Positions 18,142 to 18,519 of a stretch of DNA of 18,519 nucleotides are shown one piece after another (the first letter of the stretch is position 1; every line of letters begins with the position of its first letter). The stretch lies in assembly GCF_006345805.1 (NCBI RefSeq), contig NW_021824348.1:1-18519 (forward strand), read 5' to 3'. The position numbers and the translations under genes were made by a program. The notes under the pieces were generated by a model. It was not told the origin of the DNA. It saw nothing but the letters and a program-made list of their open reading frames with translations, and searched no databases. This DNA comes from Octopus sinensis (Eukaryota).

Positions 18142-18400
18142 TTTCTTTATTAACCACAAAGGGTTCACATAAAAAAGCATTATGGACCACATAGGACAAA
18201 TATGCCATGTGGGGTTATATGAAAGTCGTGTGAACAATAAAATAACAATGGAATATAACATAATTCCCCAAAAGAAGGTGACCTCCCAGGACCGCTCGTG
18301 AAAACCCCACAAGCCCACAACAGTCCCGAGCTCCAGGATAAGTGCCCTTTCACTTTGTCTACCGGCGCATGCTTAGAGAAGGCCCATTCACTTTGTGCGT
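18142..18400 (-). mobile_element. Possible 3' end of a LINE or other retroposon sharing the family C SINE tail
   Basis: Minus strand ends CCCTTTGTGGTTAATAAAGAAAT-(TAT)n versus SINE C CCCCTTGTGGGTAATAAAGAAAT. The upstream extent is uncertain. Confidence 0.4.
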
Positions 18401-18519
18401 ACATTAATACATCATAGTACAGTGAAACCGGTTCGTATTCGTGTTTCTCTTTTGTTTATGATTCAAGGTTACTTTCAATTTAATATTATTTCTCCATCCG
18501 TTGATTTACTTTCTATGTC

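Noticed and set aside
17023-18318. Poly-Ile/Tyr/Asn/Leu/Ser ORFs, and the (AT)n-derived YI-repeat ORFs elsewhere
   Set aside because: Microsatellite translations.

Overview
Eukaryotic, AT-rich, repeat-saturated non-coding DNA. The SINE families match what I recall from Octopus genomes (not database-checked). No host protein-coding exon can be supported: the listed ORFs are microsatellite or SINE read-throughs, apart from one decayed RTE-type LINE fragment (~4330-5050). Contents: three tRNA-derived SINE families (A, B, C), including a 5-unit tandem array of family C inside a 14-bp TSD; a 21-copy 166-bp tandem repeat (8212-11693); several fold-backs; many microsatellites. Main observation: the 166-bp unit carries a type I hammerhead-like motif (CAUG-CUGACGA-N14-GAAA-UA-ACGC-UAUA/CAUG), so it resembles a retrozyme or ribozyme satellite rather than an inert satellite. 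Its helix II is non-canonical, so activity is unproven. Two further unrelated hammerhead motifs (4141-4180 +, 13695-13740 -) and one relic (13529-13576) lie at the centres of Penelope-like fold-backs.
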